A stretch of DNA of 64,000 nt. Source: Octopus sinensis (lineage: Eukaryota). The stretch is from positions 18,414,001 through 18,478,000 of the forward strand of contig NC_043006.1 in assembly GCF_006345805.1 (NCBI RefSeq). The letters are read 5' to 3'. How positions within the stretch are numbered: the stretch's first letter is position 1; each line of letters starts with the position of its first letter. Below, piece by piece: positions 37,771-50,175 of this stretch. Below the pieces are notes generated by a model. The model made no database searches. It was not told where the DNA came from and saw only the letters and a program-made list of their open reading frames with translations. The translations under genes and the position numbers were made by a program.

Positions 37771-40240
37771 CAGTAGAACCTTGTAGTACAAGTGCACCAT
37801 TGTACAAGTAATTTACTGTATGAGCTGAGGCTTGTGCACATTTTTGTCTAGAAGTACAAGCGAAAATCTGCAGTACAGGTGAGTTTCATACATGTGACCA
37901 CTAGGTGACACTGAGCTTGTACACACTATCCTAATAAGTGCAGCTTCTTATTTCTTTATTACCCACAAGGGGATAAACATAGAGAGGACAAATAATGACA
38001 GACAAAGGGATTAAGTCGATTATATCGACCCCAGTGCATTACTGGTACTTAATTTATCAACCCCGAAAGGATGAAAGGCAAAGTCGACCTTGGCAGAATT
38101 TGAACTCAGAACAAAAATACCGCAGACGAAATACCTATTTCTTTACTACCCCCAAGGGGCTACACACAGAAAGGACAAATAAGGACAGACAAAGGGATTA
38201 AGTCGATTACATCGACCCCAGTGCATAACTGGTACTTAATTTATCGACCCCGAAAGGATGAAAGGCAAAGTTGACCTCAGTGGAATTTGAACTCAGAACA
38301 AAAATACCGCAGACGAAATACCTATTTCTTTACTACCCACAAGGGGGCTAAACACAGAGGGGACAAATAAAGACAGACAAAGGGATTAAGTCGATTACAT
38401 CGACCCCAGTGCATAACTGGTACTTAATTTATCGACCCCGAAAGGATGAAAGGCAAAGTCGACCTCGGTGGAATTTGAACTCAGAACGTAAAAGCAGATG
38501 AATACCGCTAAGCATTTTGCTCGGCGTGTTAACATTTCTGCCACTCTCTCAGGTCATGTGTTTATGTTGTGGCAGCATCCCTGTTGTGTTTTTCCCAGAG
38601 GTTTTTTTAAAGTTTTGCACGATTTTTTCCTATTGTTTTATATTAATTAGTTGTGTTAGCCATGGTCCTAAGAAAGTTAGTGCAAAAGACAGTGCTGAGA
38701 AGAAGAAAAAGCTGATTACAATTGCATTGACGAAGAAAATCATTAATAAACATGAGAGAGGAGTGTGTGTCGTGGACATAGTATGTTAATATGACCAAAG
38801 CATGTTGACAATGTTCACCATCCTGAATAAAAAGGATGAGATCAAGGTTGTTACTACAACAAAGGGTGTCTCCCAGCTCTCCAAGCAATGCACATCTGTC
38901 CATGAAGAGATGGAAAAATTTGCTTCTCCTGTGGATCAATGAGAAGGGGATATGATTATGGAAGCCATCCTCTGTGAGAAAACATGAGTGCTGTATGGGG
39001 ATCTCCTGAAGCAGAACCCTGGAGCATCGATGGATGAGACATCAGCAGATACTTTTAAGACCAGTCATGGCTGCTGGTTCAATAATTTCAAGAAGAGGAC
39101 TGGTGTTCATAGCATTGTGAGGTATGGAGAAGTGGTGAGTTCTGACATGAAGGCAGCTGAGGATTTTGTGTGAATTCCATCAGCTCACCACACAACAGGT
39201 ATTCAACTGTGATGTAACTGACCTTTCTTGGAAGAAAATGCCCAGAAGAACCTACATAACTTCAGATTAGAATAAAATGCCTGGTCACAAGCCTATGAAA
39301 GATAGACTAACTCGCCCTTTGTGCTAATGTGAGTGGAGACTTGAAGGTTGAGCCGCTCCTTGTCTACCATTCTGAAAAATCCACGAGCATTCAAGTCACA
39401 CAGAATCCTGAAGGCAAAGCTGCAGGTCATGTGGAGGGCAAACGTTAGAGCCTGGGTCACCAGGTAATCTTTTATCGAGTAGGTCAATCTTATCTTCAGA
39501 CCAGCAGTGAAAAAGTACCTTCTGGAGAATGATCTTCCTCTCAAGACCCTCCTCATCCTCAACAGTGCTCCTGCTCATTCTCCTAACTTTGAAGCTGACA
39601 TCCTGGATGAATTTAAATTCATAAAAGTTCCATACCTTTCATGCAACACCACCCCTATCTTTTAACCCATGGACCAGCAGGAGATTTCTAATTTTAAGAA
39701 ATTGTACACCAAACACCTGTTTCATTGGTGCTTTGAAGTCACCAAAAATATAAATTTAACTATTCATGAGTTTTGGAAGGAGCACTACAATATTATTAAC
39801 TGCCTGAAAATCATCAATATGGCCTGGCAGGGTGTAATGAGGAGAACGCTGAATTCCGCATGGATGAAACTGTGGCCTAACTGCATATCCAAAAGAGACT
39901 TTGAAGGGTTTTAGTCAGAGACACCTGTAATCAAGGAGATAGTGTCTCTTGGCAAGTCCATGTTCCTCAAAGTTGACAATGGGGACATTAATGATCTTGT
40001 CGAAGAATACTCAGAGTAGCTGAAAATAGACAAACTCTTGCAGCTTCAGGAGCAGCAACATTCAAATGTGGTGGAAGAGATTGGTTCCCTGGGGGAGGAC
40101 AGTGTAGTGGAGAAGGCTATCTGTATAAGTGACCAAAAGGCAGAGTCAGCAAAGTGGCAGCATGTTTCTGAATTTGTAGAAAAATATCATCCTGGAAAAA
40201 TATAAGCATGTAAACACTCACAGACTAACATCCTCAAGTA
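37771..40240 (+). mobile_element. Tigger/pogo (TIGD1-like) transposon remnant interrupted by a SINE array
   Basis: TA|cagtagaacct terminus. Disrupted transposase pieces: GPKKVSAKDSAEKKKKLITI, FKTSHGCWFNNFKKRTGVHSIVRYGE, MDQQEISNFKKLYTK, LNSAWMKLWP. Confidence 0.85.
37949..38545 (-). mobile_element. Three head-to-tail SINE-A bodies
   Basis: Junction cagacgaaatacc|tatttcttt near 38134 and 38322. Confidence 0.9.
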
Positions 40241-40349
40241 TGCTCAAATACACACACATACACACACAGACACGTACTTAATTAAAAAACATGCCAGTAA
40301 ATTCTTCTTCAAGCCCCTTTGCTGTAGTTCTACAACAGAATTGCATAGA

Positions 40350-40769
40350 TTAATTCTTTAGTTTTAGTTTACTCTCTAAAGCCTTTTTCTTCAATCGCAT
40401 GAGATCCATTTTCATTTGATGTCGCTCTTCTTCCATTGCCATTCTTTGTTCATGTTCTTGTTGGAGCAGTTCGAAAATCTGTTTTTCAAATGGACTCAGT
40501 ACAATATTGAGTTGTTCATAAGATTGGCACACACTTCCAGTTTGTTTTCCTAAAGAATGGTTATAGATGCTGATACTCTTGTCGGTAATTCTTGACGAAA
40601 TCATAGAAGCAGCCACTTGAACAGCTGATCTGATGTTTGGTAGGCATGGTTGGGTATTCATATGCATGTTATGACATTTGTCATCCAAGTGTCTGGCAGC
40701 GGATCTGTGGTGTCTGCAAACTACACTAGCTGCTGTCACATCTCCTGATCCTGCTGCCATGTGGCGCAA
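40350..40769 (-). CDS. Probable terminal coding exon of a minus-strand gene ending in a coiled coil (...EQEHEQRMAMEEERHQMKMDLMRLKKKALESKLKLKN*), reminiscent of Myb/SANT-like (MSANTD-type) C-termini
   Basis: Minus-strand tttacag acceptor at 40770, then 140 open codons to TAA. Non-repetitive, protein-like composition. Upstream exons not identified. Confidence 0.55.
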   Translation of the reverse strand: MRHMAAGSGDVTAASVVCRHHRSAARHLDDKCHNMHMNTQPCLPNIRSAVQVAASMISSRITDKSISIYNHSLGKQTGSVCQSYEQLNIVLSPFEKQIFELLQQEHEQRMAMEEERHQMKMDLMRLKKKALESKLKLKN

Positions 40770-40789
40770 CTGTAAATGTATATGTATAT

Positions 40790-41230
40790 CATCATCCTCA
40801 TCATTTAATGTCTGTTGTCTATGCTGGCATGGGTTGGACAGTTTGGCCTGGTTTCTACGGCTGGATGCCCTTCCTAATGCCAACGACTCTGAGAGTGTAA
40901 TGAGTGCTTTTACATGCCACTGGCATGGGTACTATTTGCGTGACACCGGTATTTGCCATGACTGCAATTTTGGTCAGCTTGATGGATCTTCACAAGCATG
41001 ATAGAATACCCAAGGTCTCGGTCATTGCCTCTGAGAAGCCCTACACTCGAAAGCAACTTAGCCACTTTGCCTCTGAGGCATAATGCTCAAAATGAACTCA
41101 TCCACTTTGCCTCCGTGAGGTTCAATGCTTGAAAGGTGCTCTTTACGTGCTGCTGGCATGGGTGCAAGTTACATGACACCAGCATCAGTCAAGACTACGA
41201 TTTCACTTAGCTAAATGGGTCTTCTCAAGC
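40790..41230 (-). mobile_element. RTE LINE 3' UTR fragment (diverged)
   Basis: catcatcc..tttaatgtctg.. ctggatgcccttcctaatgccaac. Confidence 0.7.
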
Positions 41231-41284
41231 ACAGCAGATTGCCAAAGGTCTTCACTGTACTCATTGCCAACCCTCACCTTATTA

Positions 41285-41432
41285 TAAGTGGTTGGCGTTA
41301 GGAAGGGCATCCAGCTGTAGAAACTCTTCCAAATCAGACTAGAGCCTGGTGCAGCCTCCATGGCTTACCAGACCCCGGTCAAACTGTCCAACCCATGCTA
41401 GCATGGAAAACGGACATTAAATGATGATGATG
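41285..41432 (+). mobile_element. RTE LINE 3' end fragment
   Basis: Consensus tail plus (gat)n. Confidence 0.8.
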
Positions 41433-41712
41433 ATGATGATGATATAATATATACACAGACATGAGTACAGTATACACAAAATATACATACAATACATAAT
41501 GGCTACAACTAATTTTGAGCTAAGCAAACACTTGATTGTTCTCTTAAACATGAGCAGCATATATATATAGCATTTTAACACTGTTAGGGACCTACTCTCT
41601 TTTGCCCTGATGTGACAAAGATGGTGTTTAATGATGATGATGATGATGATTGATGTCAATTGTATCAGTGATAATCTGCTTTCCCAGTTGTATCTACAAC
41701 TATGGTAAAACA

Positions 41713-42102
41713 GTGGAGGTGCAATGGCCCAGTGGTTAGGGCAGCGGACTCGCGGTCATAGGATCACGGTTTCGATTCCCAGACCGGGCGTTGTGAGTGT
41801 TTATTGAGCGAAAACACCTAAAAGCTCCACGAGGCTCTGGCAGGGGATGGTGGTGATCCCTGCTGTACTCTTTCACCACAACTTTCTCTCACTCTTACTT
41901 CCTGTTTCTGTTGTACCTGCATTTCAAAGGGCCGGCTTTGTCACTCTCTGTGTCACGCTGAATATCCCTGAGAACTATGTTAAGGGTGCACGTGTCTGTG
42001 GAGTGCTCAGCCACTTACACGTTAATTTCACGAGCAGGCTGTTCCGTTGATTCGGATCAACCGGAACCCTCATCATCGTAACCGACAGAGTGCTTCCAGT
42101 CC
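41713..42102 (+). mobile_element. SINE-C (tRNA-derived head gtggaggtgcaatggcccagtggttagggc)
   Basis: A box tggcccagtgg, B box ggtttcgattccc, TSD atggtaaaaca (41702-41712, 42103-42113). Confidence 0.9.
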
Positions 42103-42257
42103 ATGGTAAAACAAACAACATTAATCAGTAAAACAGCTTTTTTGTATCAGTGCAGGAGCATGTGCTCAGTTGTTTGACCTGCAAGAAATAACAAATCCTC
42201 AAATCACATGGTACTGTTAGGAATATGCATTCAATACTATAGTTCTACTTATACAAA

Positions 42258-42575
42258 AGTGGAGGTGCAATGGCCCAGTGGTTAGGGCAGTGGACTCATG
42301 GTCAGAGGATCGTGGTTTCGATTCCCAGACCGAGCATTGTGCGTGTTTATTGAGCAAAAACACCTAAAGCTCAACGAGGCTCCTGCAGGAGATGGTGGCA
42401 ACCCCTGTTGTACTCTTTCACCCCAACTTTCTCTCACTAACCCTTCCTGTTTCTTCAGTAATGCTGTGATGGACTGGCATCCTGTCCAGCTGGGAGGAAC
42501 ACATACACATAGAATCCGTGAAACTGGGCCCATGAGCCTGGTTAGGCTTGAAAAGGGCGCATAAATAAATAAATA
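42258..42575 (+). mobile_element. SINE-C head and body with a different 3' tail
   Basis: Same head and central domain, then gtgatggactggcatcctgtccagc...(aaat)n. Confidence 0.75.
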
Positions 42576-42647
42576 TACAAAATATGGGATGGCCATAGAT
42601 GGAATACTTTTGATCATAGATCTACTCAACAACACTGTCTTGGTTAT

Positions 42648-42830
42648 CATCATCATTTAACACCTGTTTTTCATGCTGGCATGAGTTGGATGGTTTGACC
42701 AGAGCTGATAAGGCAGGAGGCTGCACCAAACTTCATTGTCTGTTCTGGCATAGTTTCTACAGCTGGATGCCTTTCCTGATGCCAACCACGTTACTGTGTG
42801 TACTGGGTGCTTCTTTATGTGGTATCTTCT
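42648..42830 (-). mobile_element. RTE LINE 3' end fragment (diverged)
   Basis: catcatcatttaacacctg...ctggatgcctttcctgatgccaacc. Confidence 0.7.
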
Positions 42831-42986
42831 TTTAATTCAATATTTCTACAACCTGTAGACATGCTTAGAAAATCAAAAAGCAACAAAGCACTCATGACTT
42901 TTTCTAGAAACATGTTTCCAGAATTATCAAAGCATAAAATAAACAGCCTGCATCAGCTGTTAGCTGCCAGGACACTTCTTTGTTTG

Positions 42987-43397
42987 AAGTTTCTGTTCTT
43001 GAAATTTCGGTTCTTGAAATTTCGGTTCTTGAAATTTCGGTTCTTGAAATTTCTGTTCTTGAAATTTCTGTTCTTGAAATTTCTGTTCTTGAAATTTCTG
43101 TTCTTGAAATTTAGGTTCTTGAAATTTCGGTTCTTGAAATTTAGGTTCTTGAAATTTCGGTTCTTGAAATTTCAGTTCTTGAAATTTCTGTTCTTGAAAT
43201 TTCTGTTCTTGAAATTTCTGTTCTTGAAATTTCGGTTCTTGAAATTTCGGTTCTTGAAATTTCTGTTCTTGAAATTTCGGTTCTTGAAATTTCAGTTCTT
43301 GAAATTTCAGTTCTTGAAATTTCTGTTCTTGAAATTTCGGTTCTTGAAATTTCAGCTCTTGATATTTCGGCTCTTGATATTTCTGTTCTTGAAATTT
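42987..43397. repeat. 15-bp minisatellite (tttcNgttcttgaaa)n, about 27 units
   Basis: Exact 15-nt period with no indels; variation is mostly at two adjacent positions. Confidence 0.95.
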
Positions 43398-44279
43398 ACC
43401 AATGCTACTCCTGACAAGCTTTGGTACCGTTTCTTCTTTATGGCTCTTTCACAGTTCACTTTTCTATCTTTTATGTGTTTTATTCTGTTTACCGTGCATG
43501 TATTTTTGCCTATCATGGCTGCCTTTCTTTAATTGGTTTATTGTTGCATTCTGTTTCCTCTTTTACATTTTTCTGTTGGGCTACAATGTACACCTGATCA
43601 CAATACACAATAAGCTCATTATGATATGTTTTTATTAAGACAGATAATCAACGAAGGGAGAAAAAACTACACTCCATAGAAAATATGGTGATCTGAACAT
43701 TAATACAGGCACGCATGTGCACGCATGCACACACATACACACAGACACAGACACAGACACACACACGTGCACGCACACACAACAGATTTGTATGTTTGTG
43801 GCAAGATATCTCTGAGTATGTATACATGTACGAACATATGTTTTCCTGGTTTATTTTCCAAATTTCTCCCAAACGGAGGAACATCCAGTTTCTAGCTTAG
43901 AAACAAGATTCTTTCAGTGGCATTTAGGCAGTATGAAATATGGTAGTCTTGTATGTACATATGTATGTATATATATATATGTGTGTGTGTATGTGTATTC
44001 ATGGGTGTAGGTATGCATGGCATTGCATATGCTTTACAAACTCTTAAATACATGCTGAATTTCAAAGTTCGTTATGTAACAATTATCATTGTTGTTATCC
44101 CAAATTAGTGTTATAGACCTTCAGTTTCTTTGTTAGACAACTAGAAAGCTAGTTCGCTGCTTCTGAGAAGAATTCTTGTAAATAAGAATAGAAAGTGAAG
44201 GCTGAGCTATACTGTGTATACATGTGGACACATAAGTGCCCGCACACGCACACACATATGCATGCATACATATATATAC

Positions 44280-44315
<36 letters not shown>

Positions 44316-44593
44316 TATTGAAATGGATAAATGAATTATCTTGTTACAGATTATTCAAAAGATAACTGATACCTGGGTAGCAAAAATCACAACAGAAAAA
44401 TCACGGTTGAGGTTACGACCATGGGGTCTCAAACCCGTGCCTTAGTGCGGAAATTTGAAGTTTATATATTTAGTGTAGGAAGAAATGGAGCTGAACGAAG
44501 ATTTAACAAAATTCCTAACATATGTAGAAAATAATAAAAAGGAATTTTGTTAAATCTTCGTTCAGCTCCATTTCTTCCTACACTAAATATATA

Positions 44594-44720
<127 letters not shown>

Positions 44721-45537
44721 TATGTATGTATGTATATACGTGTCACACATTTATACTTGGATACAGATATGCAAGTATCTGTATGTGTGTGTGTGTGTAT
44801 GTGTGGATAGGTGGATGGATGCATGCATGCTGACATGTATAAATGCATCAACAATATGATGGAAAGGCCAACTCAGTTCAAGTCACAGTTAAAAATATAA
44901 TTATCTTTCTCTATTTGTAACACAGAAATAAACAGCAGTAGTTAAATGTTACATTTTTTTTTTTTTACTTCTATGTGTTTTTTTTTTTTAATTAAAAATT
45001 ATACATTAAAACATGCAAGATTTGAATTAATTTCCTGTTTTGCTTCTCCATGATAAAAGTCTAATTTTAAGCCCATGTTCAGATTAAGAACAAATTATAT
45101 AGCAAAAAAATAAAAGATTGGAAATGAATGCTTTATAAATACTATCATGCATACCAACATTCTGTAGAGATATATGTTAAGCGAGAATAGTGTGTCATTA
45201 AAAACAAAAAAAACAAAAAAACAAAAAAAAAAATATCCAGTATATATTTCTTTTCTTGTGTTATTATTGAGTCAAATAATGATGATACTAAGAATAACTC
45301 ATTATGTTTGGTTTCTGTTTTTTTCTGTTGTGTTGCATTAATCCTTGGAATTTTCAATTAAGGCATGGAATGGGAAGAATTCATGTTCATAGTATTAAAG
45401 GCCCCGACATGTCTGTGGGTGATGCATTAGGAGTTTGTATTATAACCATGTGGTTTGAGGTCCTATTGTACTATGTGACACTCTGCACATGTGTCTTCTA
45501 CTAAAGCCCATAGGCCAAACAATGCTTTGTGTCTTAA

Positions 45538-45758
45538 CCCTTTAGTGTTCACATTATTCTGCCAAAATTAATGCTTCTTTATCCACATTGTTTTGAATTA
45601 ATCATGCATTATCTTGTAGCTAGGAGATTTTGATGAGGTAGCTGTTAATTTATTAAACAATATTGTAGGGCTGGTGTGAGAGACCAGATCTGGCCAATTT
45701 GAACATAGAACAGGTAGAATATTTTTGGTCGGATATGGCCGGTTTAAATGCTAAAGGG
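45538..45758. mobile_element. MITE with ccctttag TIR and TTAA target duplication (piggyBac-type)
   Basis: ttaa|ccctttagtg ... gctaaaggg|ttaa. Confidence 0.8.
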
Positions 45759-46729
45759 TTAAATTACAAGATGGAAACTGCATGGTTGCCCACCATAGTT
45801 ATGCATATAATCAACTTGATCCGTTTGTCTGTCCCTGTTTGTCCCCTCTGTGTTTAGCCCCTTGTGGGTAGTAAAAGAAATATATATGGTAAAATAGCTT
45901 ACTTATAAATATGCTTCTGCACATGAATGAATAAATTCTTAGCCTTCAATGAAATTTCACACTTTTGCGATTTGATGAACTGGAAAAAAATACTATTTAT
46001 ATTTACTTGTCTCTCTTCTCTGTTCTGGTGTCATGTTTACGGGCACTAATTATCATGGATCTTCATGCTAAACCCTTAAGATTAATAATTTTTCTTGGGG
46101 GAGATTCAACAGGGGCTTCCTGTTTCCTTTTGCCAGTTTATGGTTTACTCTCTTAGTCTCCTGCTCCTCTAAGCTTACCCTTAAGGCACAGGGACTATTT
46201 AACTATTAGGCCGTAGAACTGGTTAGTTTATATGACATCAGGTCATGTCCTTACACTGGTGAATTTGTGTAAAACCTCTACTGAATCCTATATGCTTTAA
46301 CTGTGGGATAACTTCCTGCTATTTGGTCCATAACTGGCACCCATGATAAGTATTACAACCCTGAATCAGAGTAGACCTGTGACAAAAAGTGAATGAGGGC
46401 CAACTCCACCCTCCTCAAAAATCCTCTAGCACCCAAGCTGGAGTCTCACTACTCCAATAATATCCTGATGCTTCTGTTAGGTTTCTGTTTCCTTCACAGT
46501 TTCCTGCATCCTCCAACTTCTGCTGCCCTTTATGCTCTTATTGGTATGTCTGACTTTCTCATCATCACATTGTAGAAATATTCTAACTGCTCTTATCTTG
46601 GTGGCTTTGAATGCCTTAAACACTGGGGAGATTGGTAGCTAGAGATTAGAAATCATGCTGTACTGATTGACTGAGCTGAGAGATGGGGATATGTCCAGTT
46701 ACCCTTATATATATATATATGTATATATA

Positions 46730-47040
46730 TATCATCATCATCATCATCATTTAACGTCCGCTTTCCATGCTAGCAAGGGTTGGACAGTTCGACCGGGGTC
46801 TGGGAAGCCAGGAGGCTGCACCAGGCTCCAGTCTGATCTGGCAGTGTTTTTACAGCTGGATGCCCTTCCTAATGCTAACCACTCCGTGAGTGTAGTGTGT
46901 GCTTTTCACGTGCCACCAGCGTGGAGGCCAGTCGAGGTGGCGCTGGCAGTGGCCACGTTCGAATGGCTCTTTTACGTGCCACCAGCACTGGTATCACAAC
47001 TACAATTTCCATTGATTGTTGATCGATTTTGATTGATTTC
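46730..47040 (-). mobile_element. RTE LINE 3' UTR fragment
   Basis: Reverse-complement consensus tail. Confidence 0.85.
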
Positions 47041-47335
47041 GATATATATATACATATATATATGTCTATATGTCTGTATGAGTTAGAGGTTAAGCAACCA
47101 TCTGAGGGATAATAAATATTCAATATACTATTGGGTGTATACCTACGTATTTATATCCAAGTACTTACTATTGTAGGGCAATATTGCAATTGAATAGTAG
47201 GTATGAGTGGGGGTAAAACAGAAATTTACCCAGAATTTTTAAGGCAAATAAGAAAATGGAGAGGATAATCAATCGACAAACATCAGCCTGTAAACATTCA
47301 TTTATATCTATTTATTAATTGATTACAATCATATA

Positions 47336-47752
47336 CTCTTTTACTCTTTTACTTGTTTCAGTCATTTGACTGCGGCCATGCTGGAGCACCGCCTTTAGTC
47401 GAGCAACTCGACCCCAGGACTTATTCTTTTTGTAAGCCCAGTACTTATTCTATCAGTCTCTTTTTGCCAAACCGCTAAGTGAAGGGGACGTAAACACACC
47501 AGCATCGGTTGTCAAGCAATGCTAGGGGAACAAACACAGATACACAAACACACACACACACATATATATATATATACATACATATATACGACAGGCTTCT
47601 TTCAGTTTCCGTCTACCAAATCCACTCACAAGGCATTGGTCGGCCCGAGGCTATAGCAGAAGACACTTGCCCAAGATGCCACGCAGTTGGACTGAACCCG
47701 GAACCATGTGGTTGGTTAGCAAGTTACTTACCACACAGCCACTCCTGCGCCT
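47336..47752 (-). mobile_element. SINE-B
   Basis: Full reverse-complement consensus, in the spacer of an inverted repeat. Confidence 0.9.
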
Positions 47753-48293
47753 ATGTATGAGTAATCAAAATAAACAAATGAAATAAGCAAATAAGCAAGT
47801 AAATAAAGAGATAAATAAAAATAAATAAACGAATAAGAATAAATGAGTGAATAAATACCAAGCCTTTACAGCTATTTCTATTATGGGGTTGTCCAATCTG
47901 CCAAGTTTTCCACATCATGCCAGTGATATACAGGGATTTTACAAAGGTTGGACAAACATTCGTCACTTGCTCAATTCATTCGTTTATTTTGATCATTTAT
48001 ACATATGATTCTAATTAATTAATAAATAGAGATAAATGAATGTTTACAGGCTGATGTTTGTCGATTGATTATCCTCTCCATTTTCTTATTTGCCTTATAA
48101 ATTCTGGGTAAATTTCTGTTTTACCCCAACTAATACCTATACTTATTATATATTGATCATTCATTTTATAATTTTTGAGATCTAGTTATAAGTTATATGT
48201 TTTATAAAAATATATATTATTTGTTATTTATGTTTTAGTTTATGTCTATCACTGTTTGAGTTACGTAATAGTGGTTTTATTTATAATTTATAA

Positions 48294-48364
<71 letters not shown>

Positions 48365-49318
48365 TATATAGTTAATCCAAACAAGAAAACACAGGAAAAA
48401 ACACAGCAACGCGAGGACGTGGAACAATTAAAGTATTATTTGATGCTCAGGAAAGAAGGGAAGGAGGGTTTAACGTTTCGAGCGGAGCTCTTCGTTGGAA
48501 ACAAAGGAGAAGGAAAGATCCTGAGAAGGGAAGACAGAGGAAAAAAATTTTTTTGCTGGTGGTGCTCAAGAGATCACAAATATATATACATTCAGCAAAA
48601 TTTAGATTCAGATGAATATGGTACTTAAGTTAAAGGCACCAGAATTTTGTATGGTATATGCATTGGCCGTTTAATTGAAAAAGTCTATATGTGGCTGAAG
48701 ATTGCTCGACATTTTAAAACTGATGTAATACTTACAGTGTTTAATAAAAAGGAAGTAGCATGAAACAATTGTACCACACTATCTTGGATATCATTGTTGC
48801 TTATTTTGATTATATATATACGAATAATGAGTGGAGGCGGCATTCTCCAAGAGTTAAAACATCAGTATTGTCTGCTCATATAGAACCCCCACCTTTAAGT
48901 AGCAATAAACATTACTTCTCTGTTCAAATACTGCTTTCGTCTCTCATACAGATTCTCTTAATGAGCTAGTTTGCAACACCCAAAAATGAAATATTCACCA
49001 CTTAAAAGTATGGTATTATTTTATTTCTGTCTAAAGAATTTCTAATATGAAATTCTTCACATGTCTAGCCAAAATGTAAAACTTTGTAGTCCCTATTATC
49101 AAATGAAGTATGAATAATGGTGAATAAACAATACCAAAATGTTCCAATGTCTCGTTTTGTTATACAATAACACTGCTAATAATATTTCCATCATTCTCAA
49201 TTTTAATATGTATTTTGACTGAGAACAGATATTTTGTGATAATAGAATAAGCAGAAGTGCTTTCAGAGGAAACAGCTAGAATTTACCATAACTACTTAGA
49301 TATATATATATATATATA

Positions 49319-49816
49319 CTAGCAGTATCGCCCGGCGTTGCTTGGGTTTGTAAGGGAAATAACTATATAAGCATTTTTAGAGAGTTACTTCCCTTATAGA
49401 TGCCAATTCGGGCTTTCTTAGCCATTTCTGTTTTGGTGTCTTCAAGCCATGAAGTCGTTGTTCTAAAAGAACGCTGGTCTCCTTGACAACGCTTTACGAC
49501 GTTGATTTCATTACACTCCCTTCCCCACAGCTTCACGAGGGAGGGAAGAAGGGGGAAAAGCAACACAGGTGCAGGTGTGACCATGGACGCCAACTCCACC
49601 GCCATCGACACACGAAAAATTATGCATTAAAATAGAATAAAAAATGATGTTAAATTATTTTTTAAATCGTACACTCATCGTAGACGCGCGCTAATACCCA
49701 GATGGGCTCAATATAAATCACGACTATAAGATACCCGAATTTGGTTAAACTGCACCGCGAAATGTGGGAGTAGTTAGGAATCTAAATCGAAGGGGACAGA
49801 CACTCACACAACTACA

Positions 49817-49830
<14 letters not shown>
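49319..49830 (-). mobile_element. Non-autonomous Helitron (same family, longer internal part)
   Basis: Reverse-complement terminus actagcagtatcgcccggcgttgc and shared internal blocks. Confidence 0.85.
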
Positions 49831-49858
<28 letters not shown>

Positions 49859-49869
49859 AGTTAAGATAC

Positions 49870-50175
49870 CTGTGCTGATCACACCTAAAAAGCACTGTCC
49901 AAACGTGGCAGATGCCAGCACCGCCTGACTGGCGTCCATAAAAGCACCAACTGATCATGGCCGTTTGCCAGCGTCCTCTGGCCCCTGTGCCGGTGTCACG
50001 TAAAAAAACACCCACTACACTCACGGAATGGTTGGCATTAGGAAGGGCATCCAGCTGTAGAAACACTGCCAAACCAGACTGGAGCCTGGTGCAGCTTCCA
50101 TGGCTTACCAAACCCAGTCAAACCGTCCAACCCATGCTAGCATGGAAAGCGGACGTTAAATGATGATGATGATGA
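49870..50175 (+). mobile_element. RTE LINE 3' UTR fragment
   Basis: Consensus tail plus (gat)n. Confidence 0.85.

Noticed and set aside
37949-38545. CRISPR-like or tRNA-array reading of regularly spaced repeats
   Set aside because: The units are SINE bodies with no unique spacers, and the DNA is eukaryotic with no cas genes.
41713-41790. tRNA gene calls for SINE heads (also 52270-52345, 53850-53925)
   Set aside because: A and B boxes are present, but they continue into SINE bodies with TSDs and I could not fold a full cloverleaf.
48735-48842. Minus-strand MPPPLIIRIY...NT|gtaagt first-exon candidate for the 40.4 kb gene
   Set aside because: Short, no homology recognised, and within chance expectation.
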